A stretch of DNA of 20,000 nucleotides, from the IMG/VR virus record IMGVR_UViG_3300019776_000649. The stretch is one strand, 5' to 3'. Under the pieces are notes generated by a model, which saw only the letters and a list, made by a program, of their open reading frames with translations, did no database searches and was not told where the DNA came from. Positions within the stretch are counted from its first letter, which is position 1. Every line of letters starts with the position of its first letter. A program made the translations under genes and the position numbers. Shown one piece after another: positions 1-8,039 of this stretch. Source of the DNA: an uncultured virus (IMG/VR IMGVR_UViG_3300019776_000649). Its lineage: Duplodnaviria; Heunggongvirae; Uroviricota; Caudoviricetes.

Positions 1-146
1 ACGAGAAGGAGCGCAAAAGCCTATCCCGTTGGCACACGATCTTCTACGGCTGGCACTTTCGGACAGGTGCTCCCATTCGCATTGCTGTAGACCTCAAGAC
101 ACTATCTCTTTTGCATCGAGCGTGCAACTTCTTTGCGACTATCTAG
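1..146 (+). CDS. 3' end of a hypothetical protein running in from the left edge (…EKERKSLSRWHTIFYGWHFRTGAPIRIAVDLKTLSLLHRACNFFATI*)
   Basis: The frame starting at position 3 is open to TAG 144-146, which overlaps the RBS of the next gene. Confidence 0.55.
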   Translation, partial: EKERKSLSRWHTIFYGWHFRTGAPIRIAVDLKTLSLLHRACNFFATI

Positions 147-154
147 GAGAAAAT

Positions 155-379
155 ATGAATGCCCCACAACTGAATAAAAGTCAGAAAAACAACTTCGAGT
201 TTCTGACAAAAGCCCCTAACGTAGCCCTCGTATCTGGATTCTACAACAACCAGCCGAGGGCTTTACTTTGCGCCGTTACTCAGGAAGGTCAGGAGTTTCA
301 AATCACTCCACTTGCCATGCTTCTTGAGGGCGCTGACCTCTCTCTGCTGAAAGACGCAGATGGTGTCGCCTTGCCATGA
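155..379 (+). CDS. hypothetical protein (74 aa, MNAPQLNK…)
   Basis: AGGAGA at 145-150 precedes ATG 155, which is in frame with the longer ORF. The stop overlaps the next start (ATGA). Confidence 0.7.
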   Translation: MNAPQLNKSQKNNFEFLTKAPNVALVSGFYNNQPRALLCAVTQEGQEFQITPLAMLLEGADLSLLKDADGVALP

Positions 380-669
380 GGAAAGGCACAAAGCTACCGG
401 ACCCTTTCGTGTTCCTCGGGAAGGGGTATGTCTGGGCTGAGACAGGATCGCCTCCAGTGAACGCATTCCGAATCGTCCCTGATCGAAACGGAATCGTCCA
501 GATGCAAGGCATTGACTCCAGCGGGTTCCCCTTAAAGCGTTCCGGTATCGGCATACGAATTAGCGAAATGGACAGGCTGTGCCTGACCTGGCTACAGCGC
601 AGAGGCTTCCTGTGCCACGACCGCACCTTGAAGGAGGTGCTAGATGAAATAGGAGTAGAGCAACTATGA
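376..669 (+). CDS. hypothetical protein (97 aa)
   Basis: ATGA overlaps at both ends, consistent with translational coupling. Confidence 0.7.
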   Translation: MRKGTKLPDPFVFLGKGYVWAETGSPPVNAFRIVPDRNGIVQMQGIDSSGFPLKRSGIGIRISEMDRLCLTWLQRRGFLCHDRTLKEVLDEIGVEQL

Positions 670-1274
670 CGGCATCAAATGAGAGGGCAAGCACACTTGA
701 GATCGACGATGAAGCCCCACTTCGCCACGGTCTCAAACTGGGAGGAGACTTGCCCAACTTCAAGATGGATGATGAGCGAGTCAAGAAGGCTTTGGGCCTG
801 ATCGCCACTGCAAGGGAGCTGGTTATGGTTCGATCAGTGGAGATGGCGACCATGATCGTTGAGGGAGGGGAGATGGACGTAGATATTCGTCCCTTTTACT
901 ACGCTCCAGACGACCACCTGCTAACGGACGTTAGTGAGAGCATCATCTACGTTGCTTCTGTGGCTGGTGGTCGCCCCTCCCTCTTCCGTAAGTTCGATGG
1001 AACTAACACTGCCACCTTCCCTGAGGGCAGTAAGCTGGTCGTCCCCACCAATAACGTCAACGGATACACGGTAGATGCCGCCATGCCAGAGTGGTGCATC
1101 GCCGAGTTCCTTCACCACATCTCACTGGGACTCTTCCAGTACGCCGAGATCGCTGTCGCTCAAAAAGCACAGAAGCGAATCAATGCCTTCGCCAAGTCCT
1201 GGGCTCCCGCAATGGAAGCATTGCGAGGCTGGGATGAGGGTCGGCCAAAGAAAACAGCGCCTAATGCCCGTTAA
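666..1274 (+). CDS. hypothetical protein (202 aa)
   Basis: Long ORF with AGGAG upstream and an ATGA overlap. No family recognised. Confidence 0.8.
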   Translation: MTASNERASTLEIDDEAPLRHGLKLGGDLPNFKMDDERVKKALGLIATARELVMVRSVEMATMIVEGGEMDVDIRPFYYAPDDHLLTDVSESIIYVASVAGGRPSLFRKFDGTNTATFPEGSKLVVPTNNVNGYTVDAAMPEWCIAEFLHHISLGLFQYAEIAVAQKAQKRINAFAKSWAPAMEALRGWDEGRPKKTAPNAR

Positions 1275-1295
1275 ACACTAGGGCAACACCCGCTG

Positions 1296-1346
1296 ATTTG
1301 ATTTAGTCGCTCGGTTGCCCAAGGCACACCAGCGATTAAACCAAAT
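1296..1346. repeat. 51-bp palindromic element, copy 1
   Basis: ATTTGATTTAGTCG + 23 nt (ctcggttGCCCAAGGCacaccag) + CGATTAAACCAAAT. Confidence 0.9.
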
Positions 1347-1459
1347 GGTGCCTCGCAGTCACACAATCCGAAGGCACCTCGCAATTCCAGCGAACATGAG
1401 TTGTGTGAAATCCAATCTCAGGGACCGCTATCCCTGATCCCCACAGGAGCAATTGAACT

Positions 1460-3196
1460 ATGTCTAAAGAGACGCAAGAAACGGAAGAGATTATCGAGAC
1501 AGCCCCCAAGAAAAAGCGCACGGCAAAGCCGGTGCCTGTCTCAACGACTGTGACCAACGATCCCCGCGTTGTCGAGCTGGTTGCCGGTGGCATGACTGAG
1601 GAGGAGGCAATCTCCTTGATTGAGGCCGAGGACGCGGCAAACGCCATTAGCCCCTCTCCTTCCCCGGTGAACACGGACGAGATCAAGCAGGAGCTTGGAG
1701 ACCTCCTTGATATGGCCGTGCAGTTCGCAAAGGAGACCGAGGAGCATATCGCCGAGCTAACAAAGGATGGCCCCATTCAGATCACTCTGAATGATCCGCC
1801 CAAGAAGGAGAAGGGTAAGCGCACCGTCAAGCCAACTGAACAGGATACCGAAGAGCAGAACGACGCTCGCAATGCGGCCTTCGGCGGCGATCCCAACTAC
1901 GTGGTGCCGAGCTTCGGCAAGGCAGACCAAGAGCGTGGTTTCACCAATGCCCTCGGTCTTGAGTCCACTGAGACCCACCGTCACGTTGCTAAGGTCTGGC
2001 AAGAGCAGTGCTTCACGCTTCCCGAGATTCGTGACAGCATCGGTCGTGCTTCGGAGAGCAAGAAGGACGAGCACATCCTTCTTTCTTCTCTCCGTATGAA
2101 GCAGGATGATAAGGGATACGTTGCGCTTTCCAACGACTCCCCGTTCACGGGCTTTGGGCTCAACTCTGCATGGCGACATGCGGGTTTGCCTGACGGTGTT
2201 CTGAAGTTCCTTGCTCACCCCGACCACGGTGGGAAGTACAACGGACATATCGTCACTCTGTACAACGACGCGATCAAGGGCGTCGAGAAAGGCGATCAGA
2301 AGGACGCGCTGGTTCGCTTCCGCAATATCCCTAACGTTGATGGCGGCAGCACACTGGCTGTCCGTGCTATTCGCTCCCGTGGATTCACAATCATCGACAA
2401 CGACGCTGTGATGGCGCTAGTGATGAACGCGATCCCGAAAGAGGCTCACAAGCACACCTTGGCCAGCCATGTTGTTCACGACGGCGACAACATCGTCATG
2501 AATATCCTTCCACCGGACTATGTAAAACGGCGCGAGGATTCGGAGTACGGTGTCGGTATCGCCGTGAAGAACTCTGAGGTTGGCGAGTCTCCACTGACCG
2601 TTGAGCCTTTCCTCTTCAGAGCGATCTGCTACAACGGTATGATCTGGGGTCGCCGCGATGCTACCGAGGCCAACGTCACCCAGCGCCACTCCGGGATGGT
2701 CAACTGGACCGAGCTTCAGGAGAAGATCAACCGGGCGGTGCTTGCCGCTCTCACCGAAGGGCAATCTCTGCTGACGCAAATGGACCTTGCCAAGCAGGTT
2801 CAGGTTCATGATCCAGAGAAGCTGGTGGTCTACTTGTCTGAGACAAATGGGCTCAACCGCACTGTCGGTCGTGCTTGGTGGAACGGCTACCAGGAGACGC
2901 TTCAGAATGAGGGTACCAAGGCCGAGGTTGAGGGCAACTTCTTCGGTCTGGTGCAAGGGCTGACTCTGGCAGCACAGGGCTTCACCGGATTTACCCGCAA
3001 TGGCATCGAGCGTACTGCCGGTCAGATTCTGGCTGAGGAGCTGACGGATGGTATTGAGCGTATGCGGGATCGTGTGGCCCGTGCTGAGCAGTTTGCTGAT
3101 CGTAGAACTGGCGCTCAGGTTGACCACTATCTGTACGGTCGTGTCGAGATCGGCCAGGACGCACCCGTCCTGACGATGGAAGCAATAACCGGATAG
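1460..3196 (+). CDS. DUF932/DUF945-like phage/plasmid protein with a long acidic N-terminal extension
   Basis: Motifs RAIRSRGFTIIDNDAV and GIAVKNSEVGESPLTVEPFLFRAICYNGMI match the DUF932 pattern (NSxxG…RxxCxNG). RBS AGGAG. Confidence 0.75.
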   Translation: MSKETQETEEIIETAPKKKRTAKPVPVSTTVTNDPRVVELVAGGMTEEEAISLIEAEDAANAISPSPSPVNTDEIKQELGDLLDMAVQFAKETEEHIAELTKDGPIQITLNDPPKKEKGKRTVKPTEQDTEEQNDARNAAFGGDPNYVVPSFGKADQERGFTNALGLESTETHRHVAKVWQEQCFTLPEIRDSIGRASESKKDEHILLSSLRMKQDDKGYVALSNDSPFTGFGLNSAWRHAGLPDGVLKFLAHPDHGGKYNGHIVTLYNDAIKGVEKGDQKDALVRFRNIPNVDGGSTLAVRAIRSRGFTIIDNDAVMALVMNAIPKEAHKHTLASHVVHDGDNIVMNILPPDYVKRREDSEYGVGIAVKNSEVGESPLTVEPFLFRAICYNGMIWGRRDATEANVTQRHSGMVNWTELQEKINRAVLAALTEGQSLLTQMDLAKQVQVHDPEKLVVYLSETNGLNRTVGRAWWNGYQETLQNEGTKAEVEGNFFGLVQGLTLAAQGFTGFTRNGIERTAGQILAEELTDGIERMRDRVARAEQFADRRTGAQVDHYLYGRVEIGQDAPVLTMEAITG

Positions 3197-3209
3197 GACC
3201 ACGGATAAG

Positions 3210-3270
3210 AGAGGAGCCAGCACAAGGCGAAGCTACCAAGCTACGCAAGGAGCTGGCTCCTCTTTCTTTC
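3210..3270 (+). terminator. terminator-like hairpin with a large loop that encloses an AGCT-ACCA-AGCT element
   Basis: 12-bp inverted repeat AGAGGAGCCAGC (3210-3221) / GCTGGCTCCTCT (3252-3263), followed by TTCTTTC. Confidence 0.5.
3227..3246. repeat. ACCA-loop mini-palindrome (GCGAAGCT-ACCA-AGCTACGC)
   Basis: 19/20 identical to the reverse complement of 5060-5079. Confidence 0.8.
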
Positions 3271-3322
3271 GCGGAGCTACCACGAAGGTTGGTACCTTCG
3301 CTCAATCTCCGGCGAGGTTAAC

Positions 3323-3532
3323 ATGCTCAAATGCACTTCCGATAAGCACTCTTTTGGTGTCGCTCCGAGCGGTTTTGAAGTTGATCTAAAGACGGTTGGC
3401 CGATCAAAAAAGACCAAGTGGAAAGAGATTGAGACCGGCAAGGTCTACTGCAAAAATTGCTACGCCACCAAGGAAGAAATCCTATCATCTCTGAATCCTG
3501 AGCCAGATGAAAATGATGAAGACGAGGAGTAA
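3323..3532 (+). CDS. small putative Zn-binding protein with an acidic tail
   Basis: C-x4-H and CKNC motifs. RBS GAGGT. Confidence 0.65.
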   Translation: MLKCTSDKHSFGVAPSGFEVDLKTVGRSKKTKWKEIETGKVYCKNCYATKEEILSSLNPEPDENDEDEE

Positions 3533-3586
3533 AGGAAGCCTTCGCAGTGGGCTTTCATTCCCACAGCCGAAGGCTTCAAAGACAAT

Positions 3587-3856
3587 ATGGAAAACACAAC
3601 AACACTCACTCTTCAGGAGGTTGACCAACTACTGCGAGAAGGCGTCCCAGTCAAGGAGATCGCACATAAGGTTGGGGAATCTCCCACTCGATTCTACAAG
3701 TGGCTGGAGGAGCAGCACGGAGCCAGGGTCAATACTCTGCGATTCGTGGTGAAGATCGAAGATGGCTCCACAATAGGCGTCAATCCTGACGACATTGATA
3801 AGGCCGCTCGCCTAGTCCCATACCATCCCAGACGACGAACAGCCGACCAGGGTTAG
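3587..3856 (+). CDS. helix-turn-helix DNA-binding protein
   Basis: LLREGVPVKEIAHKVGESPTRFYKWL is a typical HTH pattern. Confidence 0.75.
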   Translation: MENTTTLTLQEVDQLLREGVPVKEIAHKVGESPTRFYKWLEEQHGARVNTLRFVVKIEDGSTIGVNPDDIDKAARLVPYHPRRRTADQG

Positions 3857-3876
3857 CATAACCCCCTGGAGGGAAC

Positions 3877-4992
3877 ATGGAAAATCCCACAGGGGCCACC
3901 GACCTCTCATCACTGCACGATGGGTATAAGTGCTTACTGTATTTCGATACGCTGAGCCAGCCCTATCGTAGACTCCGCGATGCAGATACTCTCCGATTCT
4001 GCTTAAGATGCGTCCTTCCAAAATGGCGCGATCCAGAGCGTGAAAAGCGAGACTATCATGTCGAATACTTCCCGATAGACAGCAATGGCGTTTACGAGAT
4101 GGCTCGCTACGTCAAAGCCTACCGGGACGACTACGACATCTTCAACTCCATTCTCCCTGTGTCCTTTCCTTTGTCAAAGAGGGGCATCTACCCCTCAAAT
4201 GACGACTTCAGGTACTACGGCCTTCTTGCGACTGAGATCGACGGTGAAGGCTTCCAGGGCACTCCTGATGGCAAAACTGGAGTTCAAGCAGCCATTGAAC
4301 ATTTCATGGTGGCTCACAGGGAAAAAGGGGTTCCGAAGCCACACATGGCAGTACAGTCTCGCAGGGGTTATCACCTCTATATGATGCTGGATAAGCCATA
4401 CCAGATGGCATCTCAGGAGCAGGGTGCGATCTACACAAGAACCCTCCGTCGCCTCTGTCTTTGGATCAGCGGAGAGCCTGACGGAGTATGGATGGGAGAG
4501 CCTGCCTTTAGTGGCCCTCATGCTGACTCAGGACCGACCTACAGAGCCGCCACTCTAAGGCCAGTTGGCTCCTACAACCACAAGGTCAAAGACAATCCCG
4601 TGATGATGAAGCTGATTCACCACAACCTGTCTTTGGAGCGTCACAGCCGGATTAAGTGGACGACAGAGATGCTTCCGCCCTTGGTTGATCCTCCTCCTAT
4701 GCCAATTCATGTAGCTCAGGATGGTGGAGTCCCAGAGCGTAAACCCTACCAACGGTGGCGCATGAGAAAAGAGACAGAAGAGTTTCTCATCAATGGTCAT
4801 GTTGGCCCAGGGTTCCACGAACGGATCAAGAGAGCCACCTCAGATATGCAGTGGGCTGGCTACACCCAGCAAGAGACACTGGAAAGACTTGAGCAAGTCT
4901 GCAAAACAGAGACTCAGCTCAAGGAGATCCGGTCTTTTGTCCTCAAAGGCGCAAGAGCCTATTGGAATTGGAACACTACAGAGCAGGACTAA
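3877..4992 (+). CDS. AEP-superfamily (RepB-like) DNA primase
   Basis: Motif I LATEID, motif II SRRGYHLY, motif III HAD, followed by LRPVGSYNHK and a helical C-terminal domain. Lies near a helicase. RBS GGAGG. Confidence 0.75.
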   Translation: MENPTGATDLSSLHDGYKCLLYFDTLSQPYRRLRDADTLRFCLRCVLPKWRDPEREKRDYHVEYFPIDSNGVYEMARYVKAYRDDYDIFNSILPVSFPLSKRGIYPSNDDFRYYGLLATEIDGEGFQGTPDGKTGVQAAIEHFMVAHREKGVPKPHMAVQSRRGYHLYMMLDKPYQMASQEQGAIYTRTLRRLCLWISGEPDGVWMGEPAFSGPHADSGPTYRAATLRPVGSYNHKVKDNPVMMKLIHHNLSLERHSRIKWTTEMLPPLVDPPPMPIHVAQDGGVPERKPYQRWRMRKETEEFLINGHVGPGFHERIKRATSDMQWAGYTQQETLERLEQVCKTETQLKEIRSFVLKGARAYWNWNTTEQD

Positions 4993-5059
4993 CCGCCAAT
5001 GCCTCCCGCTCTTCCCAGTGCAGCAGTCCGGGTACTGGGTAACTACAGGACACTTCATC

Positions 5060-5079
5060 GCGTAGCTTGGTAGCTACGC
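5060..5079. repeat. ACCA/TGGT-loop mini-palindrome (GCGTAGCT-TGGT-AGCTACGC)
   Basis: Perfect 8-bp inverted repeat directly upstream of the RBS of the gene at 5094. Confidence 0.8.
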
Positions 5080-5093
5080 ACAAGGAGCAACCT

Positions 5094-5810
5094 ATGCCAG
5101 CAATTGGAGGGGCTTCCGCCCCACGAACACAAGCCCCGGCGCAAAATCGTGAAACCGTAATTGAGCGTGTTTCCATCGCCCGCTATCACTACCCTGTCTA
5201 CAATACCCAGGACCCTGCCAAGCAGTGGAACCCTACCAGCAACACTTTGTGCCTGGTTGATGCCGAGGTCTACTTCAAGGGTGAACGTGATCCCCTTATC
5301 CTTCGTGATCTGTCCGTGACTCTAACCAAGGATAACCAGTTCGCTGTCTGGCCACCGGATAAGTGGGACCCTCGCGCCATTAACGAGAAGACGGGGCAAC
5401 CGGGCGCTCGGGTTCGGGTTGTCGAGCTTCCCTACGGCGTCACACTTGCCATTCGTGGCGCAATGACCACGGGGGATGACGCTTTCGACGAGATGACTCA
5501 GCAACAGCTCGCTCAGGCTTGGGTGGACGAGATGTCCGCAGAGGGCAAGGTAGCTGAGATCAATCACTACTACGGTCTCATTGGTGTCGAGTCCGAACCG
5601 GAGCCCGAGCCCGTCGCTCCACCGCCCCCTCCGGTACGGCAAGCTCCTCAGGCGGCACGTCCTGCGGCAGTAGCGCCACAGGCATCACATCAGGCAACTC
5701 GTCCAGCAACTCCCTCTCGCCCAGTAGCTCCGGGTCGGAATGCCGCTCCTAAACTGCCTCCTGCCGAGGGTGGCGAGTACGGTGAGCAACCTAATCCCTT
5801 CGAGGAGTAG
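5094..5810 (+). CDS. putative single-stranded DNA-binding protein (SpoVG/PC4-like fold, Pro/Ala linker, acidic-aromatic tip)
   Basis: LILRDLSVTLTKDNQFAVWPP resembles the SpoVG core. The C-terminus GEQPNPFEE is SSB-tail-like. Lies between the primase and helicase. AAGGAG precedes ATG 5094. Confidence 0.55.
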   Translation: MPAIGGASAPRTQAPAQNRETVIERVSIARYHYPVYNTQDPAKQWNPTSNTLCLVDAEVYFKGERDPLILRDLSVTLTKDNQFAVWPPDKWDPRAINEKTGQPGARVRVVELPYGVTLAIRGAMTTGDDAFDEMTQQQLAQAWVDEMSAEGKVAEINHYYGLIGVESEPEPEPVAPPPPPVRQAPQAARPAAVAPQASHQATRPATPSRPVAPGRNAAPKLPPAEGGEYGEQPNPFEE

Positions 5811-5828
5811 ACAACCCTTTGGAAGCTG

Positions 5829-5867
5829 GCCCGGAAGATAGCAATGTCTTCCGGGCTCAATTCTTTT
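5829..5867 (+). terminator. GNRA-capped hairpin, probable terminator
   Basis: GCCCGGAAGATA-GCAA-TGTCTTCCGGGC followed by tcaattctttt. Confidence 0.6.
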
Positions 5868-5878
5868 ATGGAGAACTT

Positions 5879-7414
5879 ATGAATAAGCCTATCATCGGGG
5901 GTCGAATACCCCTTGGACGCGAAGCAACCATGCTTCGTGAAGGGCTCCCCACAGGGGAGATTCCACGTCAAGACGATTTCGCCCCGAAGAGGGGTACTTC
6001 TAAAATCGAATACGAAGAACCCGGAACGGGTGGCATTGACGAGTTCGATGTCTCAGCCTTTATCATGGAGGCTCCTCCATCTGCCCTAGATCGCATTATC
6101 GAACAGCTTCTGGTTCGTCGCCGTGGCAACGTAATGGATGTTGTCGGTCTAGTCGAAACAGCCGCCTACCGCCTTGGCATGGATCGGTCTTCTGGTGCCT
6201 TCAACCGATTCACCGAGGGCCTTCGTGCCGCAAACACCCTGGATAGAGACATCGACCTTCCTATGATCTGGTTTGGCCTCTACGAGCAAGCCTTGCACTT
6301 GTTCAATGGGCAGAGTGGTGCTGGTAAGTCCTCCGTCATGTACAACATCGCCATGCACCTGGCCATTGGCAAAGAGCTGTGGGGCATTCCTGTCAGCGCC
6401 CCTCAAAATATCGTTTACCTTGATCCCGAAAACCGCGTTGTTCGGCCACACAAGCTGTCCCGAATCGCGGAGAAGATGGGAATCGAGGTTCCAGACAATC
6501 TTCACTTCCATGACGGCGAAGGGATTGACCTTTCCGATCCCCGCACCCTGAAAGAGCTTGGCGACCTGCTCATGGACAAAGGCGCTACAGGGCTAATCAT
6601 CGACCCGTGGGTGAACCTCTTTGGGACGCTCAACGAAAACGACAACGCGGAGGCCGCTCGCCAGGGCAAGGCTCTGCTCGACCTTATCAAGAGGACTGGT
6701 TGCTGGGTAGTAGCTGTCCACCACACAGGCAAGTCGTCTGAGGGCGGCGGTCGAGGCGCTTCTGCTAGAGAAGGAGTCTCCCGCGTCATCATGGACTTGG
6801 TTCTTCCGAGTATGGCCCGTGAAGAGGACGACGACTACAATCCTGAGCGTAAGCAACTGCGCGAAGACTTCGTTCGCCTGATGGTTCGCAAAGACGGTAT
6901 CGGGGGGATGAAGTCCAGCGTGTATCTACAGATGCTCGGAGAGAAGGCGCAGGACTGTTTTCGCCGTGTCAGCTTCCGCGAATGGATGAATAACCTACGG
7001 GAGGCCGCAGTCTCTAAGGGGATGTCCAAAGAGGAGCAGGCTGGCGTGATGATCCTAGAGTTCCTGTCGGATAAGTACCGGGTTGTCCCCCGCAAAGAGA
7101 TCATCGACTACTTCAAATCGCTTGGGCCTAAAGCTCCCGGAGTCACAGCAGTCAATGATGCTCTTGTTACTCTTACCAGTGGAGAAACCCCGTCCTTGAA
7201 GGAACAGTACATTGGAGGCAAGGGAGGTGCAAAAGGCTATTATCTTGGAACCCTAGACCCAGCTACCTTTGTTAACGAAGTGACCGGAACCTCTGCTGCC
7301 GATGATGTAAATGAGATGGTAGAGCTTTCAGCAGGGAAAAAGCAAGTAGACGAGGAATACGTTTTACCGACAGACGGTGTGATTACTCCACCGCCAGGGG
7401 CTTTTGAAGAGTAA
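5879..7414 (+). CDS. RecA-fold helicase (AAA_25 / RSF1010 RepA-like)
   Basis: Walker A GQSGAGKS, VYLDPEN, Walker B LIIDP, VVAVHHTGK and GRGASA. GGAG precedes ATG 5879. Confidence 0.85.
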   Translation: MNKPIIGGRIPLGREATMLREGLPTGEIPRQDDFAPKRGTSKIEYEEPGTGGIDEFDVSAFIMEAPPSALDRIIEQLLVRRRGNVMDVVGLVETAAYRLGMDRSSGAFNRFTEGLRAANTLDRDIDLPMIWFGLYEQALHLFNGQSGAGKSSVMYNIAMHLAIGKELWGIPVSAPQNIVYLDPENRVVRPHKLSRIAEKMGIEVPDNLHFHDGEGIDLSDPRTLKELGDLLMDKGATGLIIDPWVNLFGTLNENDNAEAARQGKALLDLIKRTGCWVVAVHHTGKSSEGGGRGASAREGVSRVIMDLVLPSMAREEDDDYNPERKQLREDFVRLMVRKDGIGGMKSSVYLQMLGEKAQDCFRRVSFREWMNNLREAAVSKGMSKEEQAGVMILEFLSDKYRVVPRKEIIDYFKSLGPKAPGVTAVNDALVTLTSGETPSLKEQYIGGKGGAKGYYLGTLDPATFVNEVTGTSAADDVNEMVELSAGKKQVDEEYVLPTDGVITPPPGAFEE

Positions 7415-7423
7415 AGGTAGCAG

Positions 7424-7450
7424 GGAGGGGCTACCTTCGCCCCTCCATTT
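7424..7450 (+). terminator. GC-rich hairpin abutting palindrome copy 2
   Basis: GGAGGGGC-TACCTTC-GCCCCTCC followed by ATTTCGTTT. An alternative pairing AAGGTAGC/GCTACCTT (7414-7437) is also possible. Confidence 0.5.
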
Positions 7451-7497
7451 CGTTTAGTTTTATTTCGACCTAAGGGTAGAGTTCGATTAAATGAAAC
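7447..7497. repeat. 51-bp palindromic element, copy 2 (divergent)
   Basis: ATTTCGTTTAGTTT + 23 nt (tatttcgACCTAAGGGtagagtt) + CGATTAAATGAAAC. Arm position 5 shows a compensatory G:C to C:G change. Confidence 0.8.
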
Positions 7498-7556
7498 GGA
7501 TAAAAGCCTGGTAAAGGGTTAGTCATGATGTAAAATCACTCACACTGGAGTTAAAT

Positions 7557-8039
7557 ATGCCGATCTTAAGTATTTTCGGATCATCCGACTGGCCACAAGA
7601 AGGAAAATATGGCGATAGATTCGTCGAAGAAACTCTTTCCAAGCAGGTAGGAAGTGGAACGACGGTTTTCATCAGCGATAAAAACTCTCACATAGATAGA
7701 CATATCTATGAATGGTGTATGAAAAATGGAGTCATGATTGCTGTATTTCAGACAAACGAAAAATGTTTTGGCAAGACAGCACGAGGACGAACAGATGATT
7801 CCATCATAGCCAACTCATATCGCTTCCTAGCTTTTTGGGACGGAAAATCTGAAGACGTAAGACAGGCTATCGAAATTGCTTGCAAACGGCTAATACCCGG
7901 TTGTGTCTATTCAACATCGGGCAAAGAGTACCTGTTAGACCCCCAGCAGATAGGTACAAAGACCGAGGACTTCATCAGGTCAATACTGGAGGAATCGAGT
8001 GGAGACAACGGACACGAAAAAAGACGGTCTGTACTATGA
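7557..8039 (+). CDS. SLOG-superfamily (DUF2493/YspA-like) protein with degenerate motifs
   Basis: SIFGSSDW … FGKTA … FLAFWDGKS follow the DUF2493 layout. RBS GGAG. The region is visibly more AT-rich than its flanks. Confidence 0.65.
   Translation: MPILSIFGSSDWPQEGKYGDRFVEETLSKQVGSGTTVFISDKNSHIDRHIYEWCMKNGVMIAVFQTNEKCFGKTARGRTDDSIIANSYRFLAFWDGKSEDVRQAIEIACKRLIPGCVYSTSGKEYLLDPQQIGTKTEDFIRSILEESSGDNGHEKRRSVL

Noticed and set aside
29..154. N-terminal extension of ORF 29..379
   Set aside because: It overlaps the upstream partial gene in another frame, and ATG 155 has a clear RBS.
1347..1395. CCTCGC motifs suggesting an HDV-like ribozyme L3 loop
   Set aside because: The flanking P3 and P1 pairings cannot be formed.
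2417..3223. Long minus-strand ORFs (e.g. 2417..3223, 11574..12233, 14798..15700)
   Set aside because: They are antisense shadows of well-supported + strand genes and have no recognisable motifs.
7508..7536. Possible sigma70 promoter (TAAAAT at 7531) before the SLOG gene
   Set aside because: No convincing -35 or properly spaced extended -10, so it is too weak to call.
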